DNA of 64,000 nt from a virus. Under the pieces are notes generated by a model. The model did no database searches. It saw only the letters and a list, made by a program, of their open reading frames with translations, and was not told the DNA's origin. The stretch's first letter is position 1, and the number at the start of each line of letters is the position of its first letter. Positions 17,798-26,010 of this stretch are shown piece by piece. The position numbers were made by a program, and so were the translations under genes. The stretch is from the IMG/VR virus record IMGVR_UViG_3300028364_000018, positions 32,001-96,000 of that record. One strand, written 5' to 3'.

Positions 17798-17871
17798 TTG
17801 GCTGTAGCTCAAAATCAGAGCGGGGAGCTGTGACCTCCCAGACCCCGGAGAGTTACCGGGCAGTCAACCCA
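17798..17871 (+). tRNA. tRNA-His(GUG), no encoded G-1, non-canonical D and T loops
   Basis: TTGGCTG/CAGTCAA acceptor, C73, CCA, GGGAG-CTGTGAC-CTCCC arm; T-loop AGAGTTA. Confidence 0.75.
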
Positions 17872-17878
17872 TTTTAAA

Positions 17879-17949
17879 CACTCGGTGACCGAGAGGCTAG
17901 GTACCAGCTTGCAACCCTGGTTACGTCAGTTCGATTCTGACCCGCGCCA
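17879..17949 (+). pseudogene. degenerate tRNA-Cys(GCA)
   Basis: GCA anticodon loop and GTCAG-TTCGATT-CTGAC T-arm, but only 4 of 7 acceptor pairs and no CCA. Confidence 0.6.
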
Positions 17950-17964
17950 CTTCCGCCATTTTTC

Positions 17965-18041
17965 GCCCTTGTAGCTCAGTTGGTAGAGCACCCCACCTGT
18001 ACTGGGGATGTCGTCGGTTCGATTCCAGGCCAAGGGCTCCA
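17965..18041 (+). tRNA. tRNA-Thr(UGU)
   Basis: GCCCTTG/CAAGGGC acceptor, canonical D-arm, CCCCA-CCTGTAC-TGGGG arm (C33) and CCA. Confidence 0.8.
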
Positions 18042-18082
18042 TTTATACTTCCCTTTGACCTCCGGGCATGCTACGGATCTGT

Positions 18083-18214
18083 ATGGCCTTACTACTCAAA
18101 AACAGCGTGTTCCTGCATATCCCCAAAACAGGCGGGAACTATGTCCAGGCTATCCTAGAAAGGATTATGCATCAGGAAGAATGGGCAATGACGTACTTCG
18201 ACTACCAAAGTTAG
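18083..18214 (+). pseudogene. sulfotransferase N-terminal fragment
   Basis: Hand-translated MALLLKNSVFLHIPKTGGNYV... (43 aa); HIPKTGG is a PAPS-binding motif. Confidence 0.6.
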
Positions 18215-18252
18215 TTCTTCCATTCCCACCATACTTACGCTATAACAACCGT

Positions 18253-19308
18253 ATGCCAGATAAAGCCCTATTCCAGATGTTAGCCGCCAAGAACGACAGT
18301 GACCAAGGTCAGTACAAAGCCAAGGCGGACAAGATGTTTAAGCTCCTGATGACACAACCGGATGAGTTTGAGGTGGAGGACGATCCCAAAGGTGGGCATC
18401 CTCTCCTCACCCATCGCCCCACCCACTTCAAGATGCACCTACCTAAGCGGTACATCCCGGCACGTGTATGGGACTCCCCGCACGAAGCGTTGGTTAGCAG
18501 GGAAGTGATAGATAAAGAAAAGGAGGCGAGCACTAAGGAGGACCGAGCGGTCCCTGCTTACGTAGCCAAGCAAGCTGGACTCCCCAGGAGTGTGAAGATG
18601 ATACCTTACATTCGGAATTACGCAGACGAGGGTATGCGGCAGATTCTATCACGACCCCGATGGCCAGCTACCCTACGGGAGCCACTACCATGGGGTAACT
18701 TTGCCGCATACGCGCCGGAAGGTACAAATGCTTACAACGTGATAGGCTCTGACATCCCCAAGGTACTACAAGGGATGGGTTACGGTCGGAAAATGTATGG
18801 AGCAGCAATACGTACAGCGTATGAGGACTACCTAAAAGGGGGTCCTCGGTGGTTTGGGTCAGATAGCAGTGGGCGGACCACTACTAAGGCTTGGCACCTG
18901 TGGGAGAGCCTACAGAGAAGAGGTTACCCGGCTAAACAGATGCCGATGGATTTCCCCAGAAAAGGTTACCACTCACGATGGGCCATCGACTTAGATGACA
19001 TGAAGAAATTTTACAAGGATGTTAAACCCAATGGTCCGGCTACGGGCAAGCCCGTGACACGCGTAGGTCCCCCGGTTAAGGAAGCAAGCGTCCCGTCCGA
19101 CAAACAACTGCTGTCCCAGACCGACCTGAACCCCAGTGAAGCTCAGCAGGAAGCCGGTAACTACCGGAAGGCCCATATCAAACTACATGGGTTGGACATC
19201 TCAATCGAGAATCCCCGGGGAAGTACCAGGAGCGGGGTTGGTCCAGATGGTAAAGAGTGGAGCCACAAGCTCGATCTACACTATGGATATATCAAGGGCT
19301 TCAGCTAA
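18253..19308 (+). CDS. polyvalent protein: unknown domain, GNAT-like domain and N-half of an InPase domain
   Basis: QGMGYGRKMY GNAT motif; PSEAQQEAGNYRKAHI...SIENPRGS...HYGYIKG. True start is probably 18253, because the track start overlaps tRNA-Thr. Confidence 0.7.
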   Translation: MPDKALFQMLAAKNDSDQGQYKAKADKMFKLLMTQPDEFEVEDDPKGGHPLLTHRPTHFKMHLPKRYIPARVWDSPHEALVSREVIDKEKEASTKEDRAVPAYVAKQAGLPRSVKMIPYIRNYADEGMRQILSRPRWPATLREPLPWGNFAAYAPEGTNAYNVIGSDIPKVLQGMGYGRKMYGAAIRTAYEDYLKGGPRWFGSDSSGRTTTKAWHLWESLQRRGYPAKQMPMDFPRKGYHSRWAIDLDDMKKFYKDVKPNGPATGKPVTRVGPPVKEASVPSDKQLLSQTDLNPSEAQQEAGNYRKAHIKLHGLDISIENPRGSTRSGVGPDGKEWSHKLDLHYGYIKGFS

Positions 19309-19338
19309 GCTCCAGCCTTCCTTTTTTTAGCTATGACC

Positions 19339-19367
19339 TTGACCAACGCCCCTTTAAATACTACCAT
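19339..19367 (+). promoter_or_regulatory. promoter for a leaderless transcript, between the two InPase halves
   Basis: TTGACC-N17-TACCAT, then 6 nt, then ATG at 19374. Confidence 0.65.
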
Positions 19368-19373
19368 CCGAGG

Positions 19374-22300
19374 ATGAATACCAAACTACAGGCCATAGAC
19401 GGAGACGCCCCAGATTGCTTTATAGGACCTAACCCTGAATCTACCAAGGTTTGGGTGGTAGACCAATGCAAACCCAATGGGAAGTTTGACGAGCCCAAGG
19501 TACTACTGGGGTTCGACACCCAGAAGGAAGCTACGGACGGATATCTCAGTGCTTACGATGAAGGCTGGAAGCTGGGGCCGGTCACTGCCTGCACCATAGA
19601 TGAGTTAAAGGGTTGGTTGGGGGATGGGTGTGTGCCCCATGAGTTTGCTGAGTATAAGAAGGGGGTGAAGTCGGAAGGAGAGAAGGAAGCGGCTAGTAAC
19701 TCAGTAGCCCTCATCAAGGGTAACCCTAAGCACATCAAAGACAATCCCAACGCTACGTCCTTCTATGAACAACTAGAAGGGTTACTACAAGAACAAGGCT
19801 ACGACGTAACTATGGATGACGGAGAACCCTTCACACAACCCGGAGAAGGGCACTCAGCATGGATCGGGCATAGTAGAGGTGGGGATAGGTTAAGGTTTGC
19901 GCCTGAGGGTGTAAGCACCCTAAGGTTAGACGACTACGAGCCAGAAGACTCACATGGGGAGGATGGTGTTCCTAATGACAACCACTATATGATAACAGAT
20001 GAGATGCGTGAAGCTATACTCGGGTTGTCTAAGAGTGGCGAGAAGAGTGCTAACGGCGGGCGAGCTGTGGGGTTGGATAATTTTGACGGCTCGACGCAGG
20101 ACCCAAACCTAGGCACACCCCAACCCAACCTTGCTCTCGGCATACGGGATTTGGCGAAGCAAGCTGGCCAGGCGCCGACCACAGGGACCCCCACTCCATG
20201 GGCGGGGCAAGAACAGATGCTCAAACACCTGTGGAACGCCGAGAACAACATACGCGACGGTTACAACCCGCAGTCCGGGACTTGGACAACCTACGATGAC
20301 AACGGCACGCCCGCTGTAGGACCCGGAGTACGTGTACCAGGTAAACAAGGCCAGACTTGGACGGATCAGCAGGTACAGGAGTTGGCGATTACCTCGATGC
20401 AAGAACACCTGGAACGGACCCGCAGGCGTTACCCACAGTTCGATACACTACCCATGCATTATCAGATGGGCTTGGTGGACGCCACCTACAACAGCGTGCG
20501 AACACCCCTGATGTACCAAGCGATGTTGGATGGGGATCATCGACGTGTGCTCGGAGAGAACTCAACACATTGGACGGATAAACATGGTGTTCGGCAACCG
20601 CATACCCGTCGGGATGGACTCAGACAGGAACTGATGGCACCTCCGGGCGGTGTACCAGCCCTTCCCACTCCACAACCCACGCCTACTCCAACCCCAGTGC
20701 CTACTCCCGCCCCAGCTGTTGCCCCAGCTGCAACCCCCGCACCCACAGGTCCCACGATGGCCCCAGGGCCGGGCGTACCTGCTCCTGCTGGGTACATGCC
20801 AACCACTGACAACCCCCCTACAAGCTACCATCAGGGTGCTGACGGTGCTGTGAGCTACATGGTACCCAAGAGCGGGGCTGTCGTGGAAAGGGCTGTGACC
20901 GGCCCCAGGGCGCTGGCTGAGGCCCTATCCGAGTTAGATCTGGATAAGCTGGAGGCCGAACAACGGGAGATCATCAAGAGCGGTAGTCGGAGTAAACGCT
21001 CTAAGGCTGTGCAGATCCTGGGCGCTATTGAAGGCCTCCGCCGTAATGAACTGACACCCAATCAGCTGATGATCAGCCGTGTGCCGGTCTTGCCCGCGCA
21101 ATTCAGACCTTTCAGCGCACAGGGCACGACCTTCATCCCCGGAGATGCTAATGTACTGTACAAAGACCTGTTTAACCTGAAGAAGGCCTATGCACAGGAG
21201 AGTCAGGTGTTTGGCGAGGACCAGGCAGGGGAAAGCCGGGGGTCGCTCTATGATGCGGTACGCGCTGTCTACGGTTACGGACCTCCGACCAACGATAAGG
21301 CGCGGGCCAAGGGTGTGAGCGGTTTCATGCAGAAGGTGCTGGGTGCTGGGTCCCCGAAACACAGTTTTTACCAACGAAACCTGATTAGCAAGACCCAGGA
21401 CAGCTCCGCACGCTCTGTGATTGGGGTGGACCCAGAGTTGGGCATGGATGAGATTGGTATACCCCAGGAGATGGGTTGGACTTTGTATGGGCCTTGGGTG
21501 CAGCGACGGCTCGTGCAGTCAGGGATGAATCCGGGCACGGCGTTGGAGAATGTCCGGGATCGGACGGACTATGCTGTGCGAGCTTTGGAGAAGGAGATGA
21601 GGGAGAGGCCGATTTTGGCGACGCGTAGTCCTGTATGGTGGAAATTCGGCGTGCTAGGCCTTACCCCGCACCTAGTAGATGGTGATGCGATTATGTCCAA
21701 CCCTTGGATTGAAACCGGCCTGGGCGCGGATCACGATGGTAATTGCGTCATAATCGGAACCAAGTTGATGGTGAAAGTACAGGATGTAAGGCTCGTGGCT
21801 GATAGGTCAGGAGATTGTGTCATAATCAGCGTTGACAAGGATAGGGAGACTGGTTATGATAGGCGTTACATGAGAATACCTAAAGGCGCCAAGGTTCTTT
21901 CCCAGCTCGGAACCGATACCATCATTGAGCTACCTATTGAAAACTTCCCACGCATGGGAGAGGCGCACACCGCTAAAGACGGAGGACTAACCTACGAAGT
22001 CCCGCCAGGAGTCCAGGTCCTGACCAACGCCCCGGACGGTCTGGGTGTGCGCTGGACACCGGTCACGACCTTCACGGTGGATGGAGTTAAACCCATACGC
22101 AGGCTTACCAGCAGCTCTAAGAAGGTGGTGGAGGTTAGCAACAATGAGTCAGTGGCAATCTACAACAAAGGTGGAACCATCGGAAGGACCAGCCCGGATG
22201 AACTCCGACCCTGGGATATGGTACCAACCATCCGTAACCTACCGGAGCCTGCTGAATCACGTTCATGTCCTTGGGCGTGGTTCTACGGAGCGTTCGTATC

Positions 22301-23600
22301 CGACGGCTGGGTTAGCGAGGGTAAGACAGTTGGTTACACCAAGGTAGATGCGGCTAAGCGTCGGCGTTTCCTGAAAGAGGCGGTGGAGTTCATCGGCATG
22401 GATGTGGACGTCAAACACTACTCTGAGACTCACGAGGCCCTGACCAACTCCGGCATTGGCGGTGAAAGCACTAAGATACATATCAACCTACGAGAGGATT
22501 CCCCGCAGGGTGTTCGGGACATGATCGAGGCCTTGGAGCGTTGTTACCACCCGAGTGTAAAGGATCGGGAGCCCGACCAACGCAGTTGCCTATTCAAACG
22601 ACTTCCTCCCGGTTATTTGGAATGGGACCAACCCAGTCGCATGGATTTGTTCTCCGGACTGCTGGATGGGGACGGTTGTATATCAATCAACAACTCCAGA
22701 GCCAAGCCCCAGGTGCTGGTTAACTTCAGTACCAGCTCCCCCTTCCTCAGGGACGACGTCTTCAAGCTATGTCTATCTCTGGGCATCCGGTGCTCCACCT
22801 CAGTGGGAGAGGCCAAGAAAGAGCGGGTACAGACACACGAGAGTTATGTGATGAACATCAGTACCCCGGACCTACTACCACTCGCGGGTCAACTGAACAT
22901 GGTGGAGAATAATAGGGGCCTGCAGATGCTACGAGCCTGCCCCAGCTTGAAGGATGACCGGGATACTCTACCTGTGGAGGAACCACTCCTGCACCAAGCC
23001 TGTGTACTCGGCGCGTTAGACCCCAAGGGCTCTAGTAACAGAGTGACTCTGATGGACTTGCGGTCTAAAGCTCGTCGTCAAGAGGGTTTGGTGGGAGTCA
23101 CCCGTAATCTTGCACGCAATCTCCTACAGGATTACCTGGGCGAGCGTGATGAGCGCTGGGAGGTGTTGGAACGCCTTGTTCAGGACACATCCCTTGGTTG
23201 GGAGACCATCAAGACCGTGGAGGACACGGGAGAGGCTGAGGTATTTGATATCGGAGTACCGGAGACCAAGGTCTATGCCTTGAGTAACGGCCTCATCATC
23301 TACGACACCTTCAACGTACATCTCCCAGCCTCTGCGAAGGGTGTGGAGGAGGCGCGGACCATCTTGAAGCCCAGTAGCATGCTGTTCCAAACCCGGGATC
23401 CCGGTAAAATTTTGCCGGTTCCCAAACATGAGCAAATTTCGGGAATTTCTTCAGCCATGCGACGCCCTGCCCGGAACTCCCACGTGTTTACCTCGGAGGA
23501 GGAGGCGATTAAGGCTATCAACAGTAAGCAGGTGAGCATGTCGGATGAAATAACGATTAGTGCCTTGCCAAACCCAACTCAAACCCCTACAATACTCTGA
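19374..23600 (+). CDS. polyvalent protein: InPase C-half, GxSxG hydrolase-like domain, lysozyme-like domain, Pro linker and RNA polymerase beta-prime catalytic segment with intein
   Basis: DGDAPDCFIGP...DEPKVLLGF; GHSRG; AENN...DNGTPAVGPG...LVDATYN; VPVLPAQFRP, SARSVI, RSPV and GADHDG...TFNVHLP. Confidence 0.85.
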   Translation: MNTKLQAIDGDAPDCFIGPNPESTKVWVVDQCKPNGKFDEPKVLLGFDTQKEATDGYLSAYDEGWKLGPVTACTIDELKGWLGDGCVPHEFAEYKKGVKSEGEKEAASNSVALIKGNPKHIKDNPNATSFYEQLEGLLQEQGYDVTMDDGEPFTQPGEGHSAWIGHSRGGDRLRFAPEGVSTLRLDDYEPEDSHGEDGVPNDNHYMITDEMREAILGLSKSGEKSANGGRAVGLDNFDGSTQDPNLGTPQPNLALGIRDLAKQAGQAPTTGTPTPWAGQEQMLKHLWNAENNIRDGYNPQSGTWTTYDDNGTPAVGPGVRVPGKQGQTWTDQQVQELAITSMQEHLERTRRRYPQFDTLPMHYQMGLVDATYNSVRTPLMYQAMLDGDHRRVLGENSTHWTDKHGVRQPHTRRDGLRQELMAPPGGVPALPTPQPTPTPTPVPTPAPAVAPAATPAPTGPTMAPGPGVPAPAGYMPTTDNPPTSYHQGADGAVSYMVPKSGAVVERAVTGPRALAEALSELDLDKLEAEQREIIKSGSRSKRSKAVQILGAIEGLRRNELTPNQLMISRVPVLPAQFRPFSAQGTTFIPGDANVLYKDLFNLKKAYAQESQVFGEDQAGESRGSLYDAVRAVYGYGPPTNDKARAKGVSGFMQKVLGAGSPKHSFYQRNLISKTQDSSARSVIGVDPELGMDEIGIPQEMGWTLYGPWVQRRLVQSGMNPGTALENVRDRTDYAVRALEKEMRERPILATRSPVWWKFGVLGLTPHLVDGDAIMSNPWIETGLGADHDGNCVIIGTKLMVKVQDVRLVADRSGDCVIISVDKDRETGYDRRYMRIPKGAKVLSQLGTDTIIELPIENFPRMGEAHTAKDGGLTYEVPPGVQVLTNAPDGLGVRWTPVTTFTVDGVKPIRRLTSSSKKVVEVSNNESVAIYNKGGTIGRTSPDELRPWDMVPTIRNLPEPAESRSCPWAWFYGAFVSDGWVSEGKTVGYTKVDAAKRRRFLKEAVEFIGMDVDVKHYSETHEALTNSGIGGESTKIHINLREDSPQGVRDMIEALERCYHPSVKDREPDQRSCLFKRLPPGYLEWDQPSRMDLFSGLLDGDGCISINNSRAKPQVLVNFSTSSPFLRDDVFKLCLSLGIRCSTSVGEAKKERVQTHESYVMNISTPDLLPLAGQLNMVENNRGLQMLRACPSLKDDRDTLPVEEPLLHQACVLGALDPKGSSNRVTLMDLRSKARRQEGLVGVTRNLARNLLQDYLGERDERWEVLERLVQDTSLGWETIKTVEDTGEAEVFDIGVPETKVYALSNGLIIYDTFNVHLPASAKGVEEARTILKPSSMLFQTRDPGKILPVPKHEQISGISSAMRRPARNSHVFTSEEEAIKAINSKQVSMSDEITISALPNPTQTPTIL
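21744..23306 (+). mobile_element. intein with LAGLIDADG homing endonuclease in the beta-prime active-site motif (521 aa)
   Basis: Starts CVIIG after ADHDGN; FYGAFVSDG and FSGLLDGDG; ends VFDIGV...NGLIIYD before Thr+1. Confidence 0.85.
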
Positions 23601-23616
23601 CAACCACGGAACCCCT

Positions 23617-24069
23617 ATGACACCTAAAGAAATTCTAGCCTCCTTACAGACGTTCAACAAAACCGCGTTTCAACCACAGATGGCACCCCAACAAGGACCA
23701 CCCCAACAAGGACCACCCCAGGGTGGACCACCTCCAGGCATCGACCCGCAGACAGGTCAACCCATGGGACCACCTCCAGGCATCGATCCACAGACCGGAC
23801 AGCCTATGGGTCCTCCGATGCAAGGCCCTCCCCCAGGAGTAGATCCGATGACAGGCCAACCCATGGGTGGGCCTCCAGGCCAGCCTGGTATCCCTCCAGA
23901 GGAGCTGGAAGGGGTCATTAGTCAGCTAATGCAGGGGATGGACCAACTGGCACAGCACGCACAACAATCTCAGCAGCAACTTGCCCAACAGCAAGAGCAG
24001 ATGATGGCACAGCAACAACAGTTAGAGGAGTTTAGACAGGCGATCATGGCGCCTGGAGGGTTAAGCTAA
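23617..24069 (+). CDS. Pro/Gln/Gly-rich low-complexity protein
   Basis: PPPGIDPQTGQPMG repeats and a Gln-rich coiled coil. Confidence 0.7.
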   Translation: MTPKEILASLQTFNKTAFQPQMAPQQGPPQQGPPQGGPPPGIDPQTGQPMGPPPGIDPQTGQPMGPPMQGPPPGVDPMTGQPMGGPPGQPGIPPEELEGVISQLMQGMDQLAQHAQQSQQQLAQQQEQMMAQQQQLEEFRQAIMAPGGLS

Positions 24070-24356
24070 TGGCGAGTATTAAGATTAGAAGAAGCAAGGT
24101 ATCCCCCCGTAACCCCGGTAAGGGCTACATCAACATCTGGTTCAACGACCAGGGCCTGCTCATGTTTGAGAACGACCAGGGTCATACCAAAGAGATAGAT
24201 ACCTCATCCTTTGAGTTCGAACTACCGGCACCCACCCCAACAACCACGGGCGACCAGCGGGATGTACGTGTAGCTGGGAATTTTATGTACATCTGCTATG
24301 AGCAGAACAAATGGGGTAGAATCCCCTTCGCAAAAACATATTCATTAGAGGACTAA
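24069..24356 (+). CDS. small fiber-type structural protein
   Basis: PTPTTTGDQRD...NFMYICYEQNKW, a motif seen in phage fiber proteins. Confidence 0.55.
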   Translation: MASIKIRRSKVSPRNPGKGYINIWFNDQGLLMFENDQGHTKEIDTSSFEFELPAPTPTTTGDQRDVRVAGNFMYICYEQNKWGRIPFAKTYSLED

Positions 24357-24359
24357 ACT

Positions 24360-24776
24360 GTGAACTTATACCGCAAGATCAAAGACAAGTTGCACCGCGC
24401 GTTCTTCTGGACAGAGTACGAGGACGAACGCCGTGTCCGTGATATCGGTCGCACTATAGGCAAACGCCGGCGTCCAGATGATGCGGTTGACATCACTGCA
24501 GGACCGCACGCCGGATACCCAGAGACCGCGATCTTAAGCGTTGTCGAACCGAACAACGCGCGTAAGGCCGGGACCACCTTTAGCTTTGGCCTGCTTAAGG
24601 GCTGGGGAGATAGCACCATCTGGCAGCAGCAGGATGGTATGGTACGGCACGTGGGCGTACTACCAGAAGGTAGCATTACATTCTACGGCGTACTACCCAG
24701 CACCAGCGGTGTGTTTTATCTGATAAGCACCCAGCTGGGTCAGCGCACAAATGGGCTGAAATTTAAACAAAACTAA
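24360..24776 (+). CDS. hypothetical protein
   Basis: 138 aa, GTG start. Confidence 0.5.
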   Translation: MNLYRKIKDKLHRAFFWTEYEDERRVRDIGRTIGKRRRPDDAVDITAGPHAGYPETAILSVVEPNNARKAGTTFSFGLLKGWGDSTIWQQQDGMVRHVGVLPEGSITFYGVLPSTSGVFYLISTQLGQRTNGLKFKQN

Positions 24777-24791
24777 ACTAGGAACACGACC

Positions 24792-26009
24792 ATGGCTGAC
24801 AAAGACTTAAAATTCATTCAAGAAAATGTGGACGGACTGTTTGAAGAACGCACAGTAACGCCCGTATCCGGACAGGCGTTGATGTTTGACTCAGAGGGGT
24901 TTCCCGTGAGTGGAAATGCCGCTGAACCTTTCACCCTCCACGACGTAACCAACGCCCAACGCCTCGCAGGAACACGCAACGACGACACCACGCCTCTTGT
25001 CGCTGGTGACACGGTGCGGGTGACTGACCTGCCTGATGACCCGATCATGCTTATGCTGGGTACTGGTGATTGGACTACGATTTCAGAGCCGTTACAGATG
25101 CCATATTTCACGGCCCATACTTTTGTAACAACCGCAACGGATACGGTAGAAGCTTACAACGGAGATATCCCCGACGACTTTGCTTCAACAAATAGTTTAG
25201 GAAGCGCAAAAGCCCTTTCTTTAGGTAATTCAGTTACATCTATTGGCAGTGAGGCTTTTTATAATTGCTCAGGATTTACAGGATATTTAAATATTCCTGA
25301 TTCCGTTACATCTATTGGAAATAATGCTTTTAGGAGTTGCTCAGGATTTACCAGTTTAACAATTCCTGATTCAGTTACAACAATTGGAAATAATGCTTTT
25401 AGGAGTTGCTCAGGATTTACCAGTTTAACAATTCCTGATTCAGTTACATCTATTGGAAGTTATGCTTTTGCTGGTTGCTTAGGATTAACAGGAAGTTTAA
25501 CAATTCCTGATTCCGTTACATCTATTGGAAATAATGTTTTTGCGTATTGCACAGGCTTCACAGGAAGTTTAACAATTGCTGATTCAGTTACAAGTATTGG
25601 AAGTTATGCTTTTTATACTTGCACAGGATTTACAGGAGATTTAAATATTCCAGATTCAGTTACATCTATTGGAAGTAGTGCTTTTTGGGGTTGCACAGGA
25701 TTTACAGGAGATTTAAATATTCCTGATTCAGTTACATCTATTGGAGGTCAGGCTTTTCAGGGTTGCTCAGGCTTCACAAGTTTAACAATTCCTGATTCAG
25801 TTACATCTATTGGAGGTGGTGTTTTTAGGGATTGCACAAACCTTACAAACGTAAATTGCTATGTAACCAAAACTATATTTAATCAAAGTAATGTTTTAGC
25901 AGGAACAGGAGTTACAACCTTACACGCCCTTGCAAGTGATGGAACATGGACAGCAGGTGCCGACACAATTGGTGGAAAAGCATTAACAGTAATTAAGGAT
26001 TTGGTGTAA
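24792..26009 (+). CDS. BspA-type leucine-rich-repeat (LRR_5) protein with a fiber-like N-terminus
   Basis: About 9 LTIPDSVTSIGxxAFxxC repeats. Confidence 0.9.
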   Translation: MADKDLKFIQENVDGLFEERTVTPVSGQALMFDSEGFPVSGNAAEPFTLHDVTNAQRLAGTRNDDTTPLVAGDTVRVTDLPDDPIMLMLGTGDWTTISEPLQMPYFTAHTFVTTATDTVEAYNGDIPDDFASTNSLGSAKALSLGNSVTSIGSEAFYNCSGFTGYLNIPDSVTSIGNNAFRSCSGFTSLTIPDSVTTIGNNAFRSCSGFTSLTIPDSVTSIGSYAFAGCLGLTGSLTIPDSVTSIGNNVFAYCTGFTGSLTIADSVTSIGSYAFYTCTGFTGDLNIPDSVTSIGSSAFWGCTGFTGDLNIPDSVTSIGGQAFQGCSGFTSLTIPDSVTSIGGGVFRDCTNLTNVNCYVTKTIFNQSNVLAGTGVTTLHALASDGTWTAGADTIGGKALTVIKDLV

Positions 26010-26010
26010 T

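Noticed and set aside
17980-18252. Track start of the 442-aa ORF
   Set aside because: It overlaps tRNA-Thr and the sulfotransferase stub; ATG 18253 has a -10 box at the recurring 6-nt spacing.
19257-19373. Programmed -1 frameshift joining the two InPase halves
   Set aside because: No canonical slippery heptamer before TAA 19306, and the join would insert about 30 unrelated residues; not excluded experimentally.
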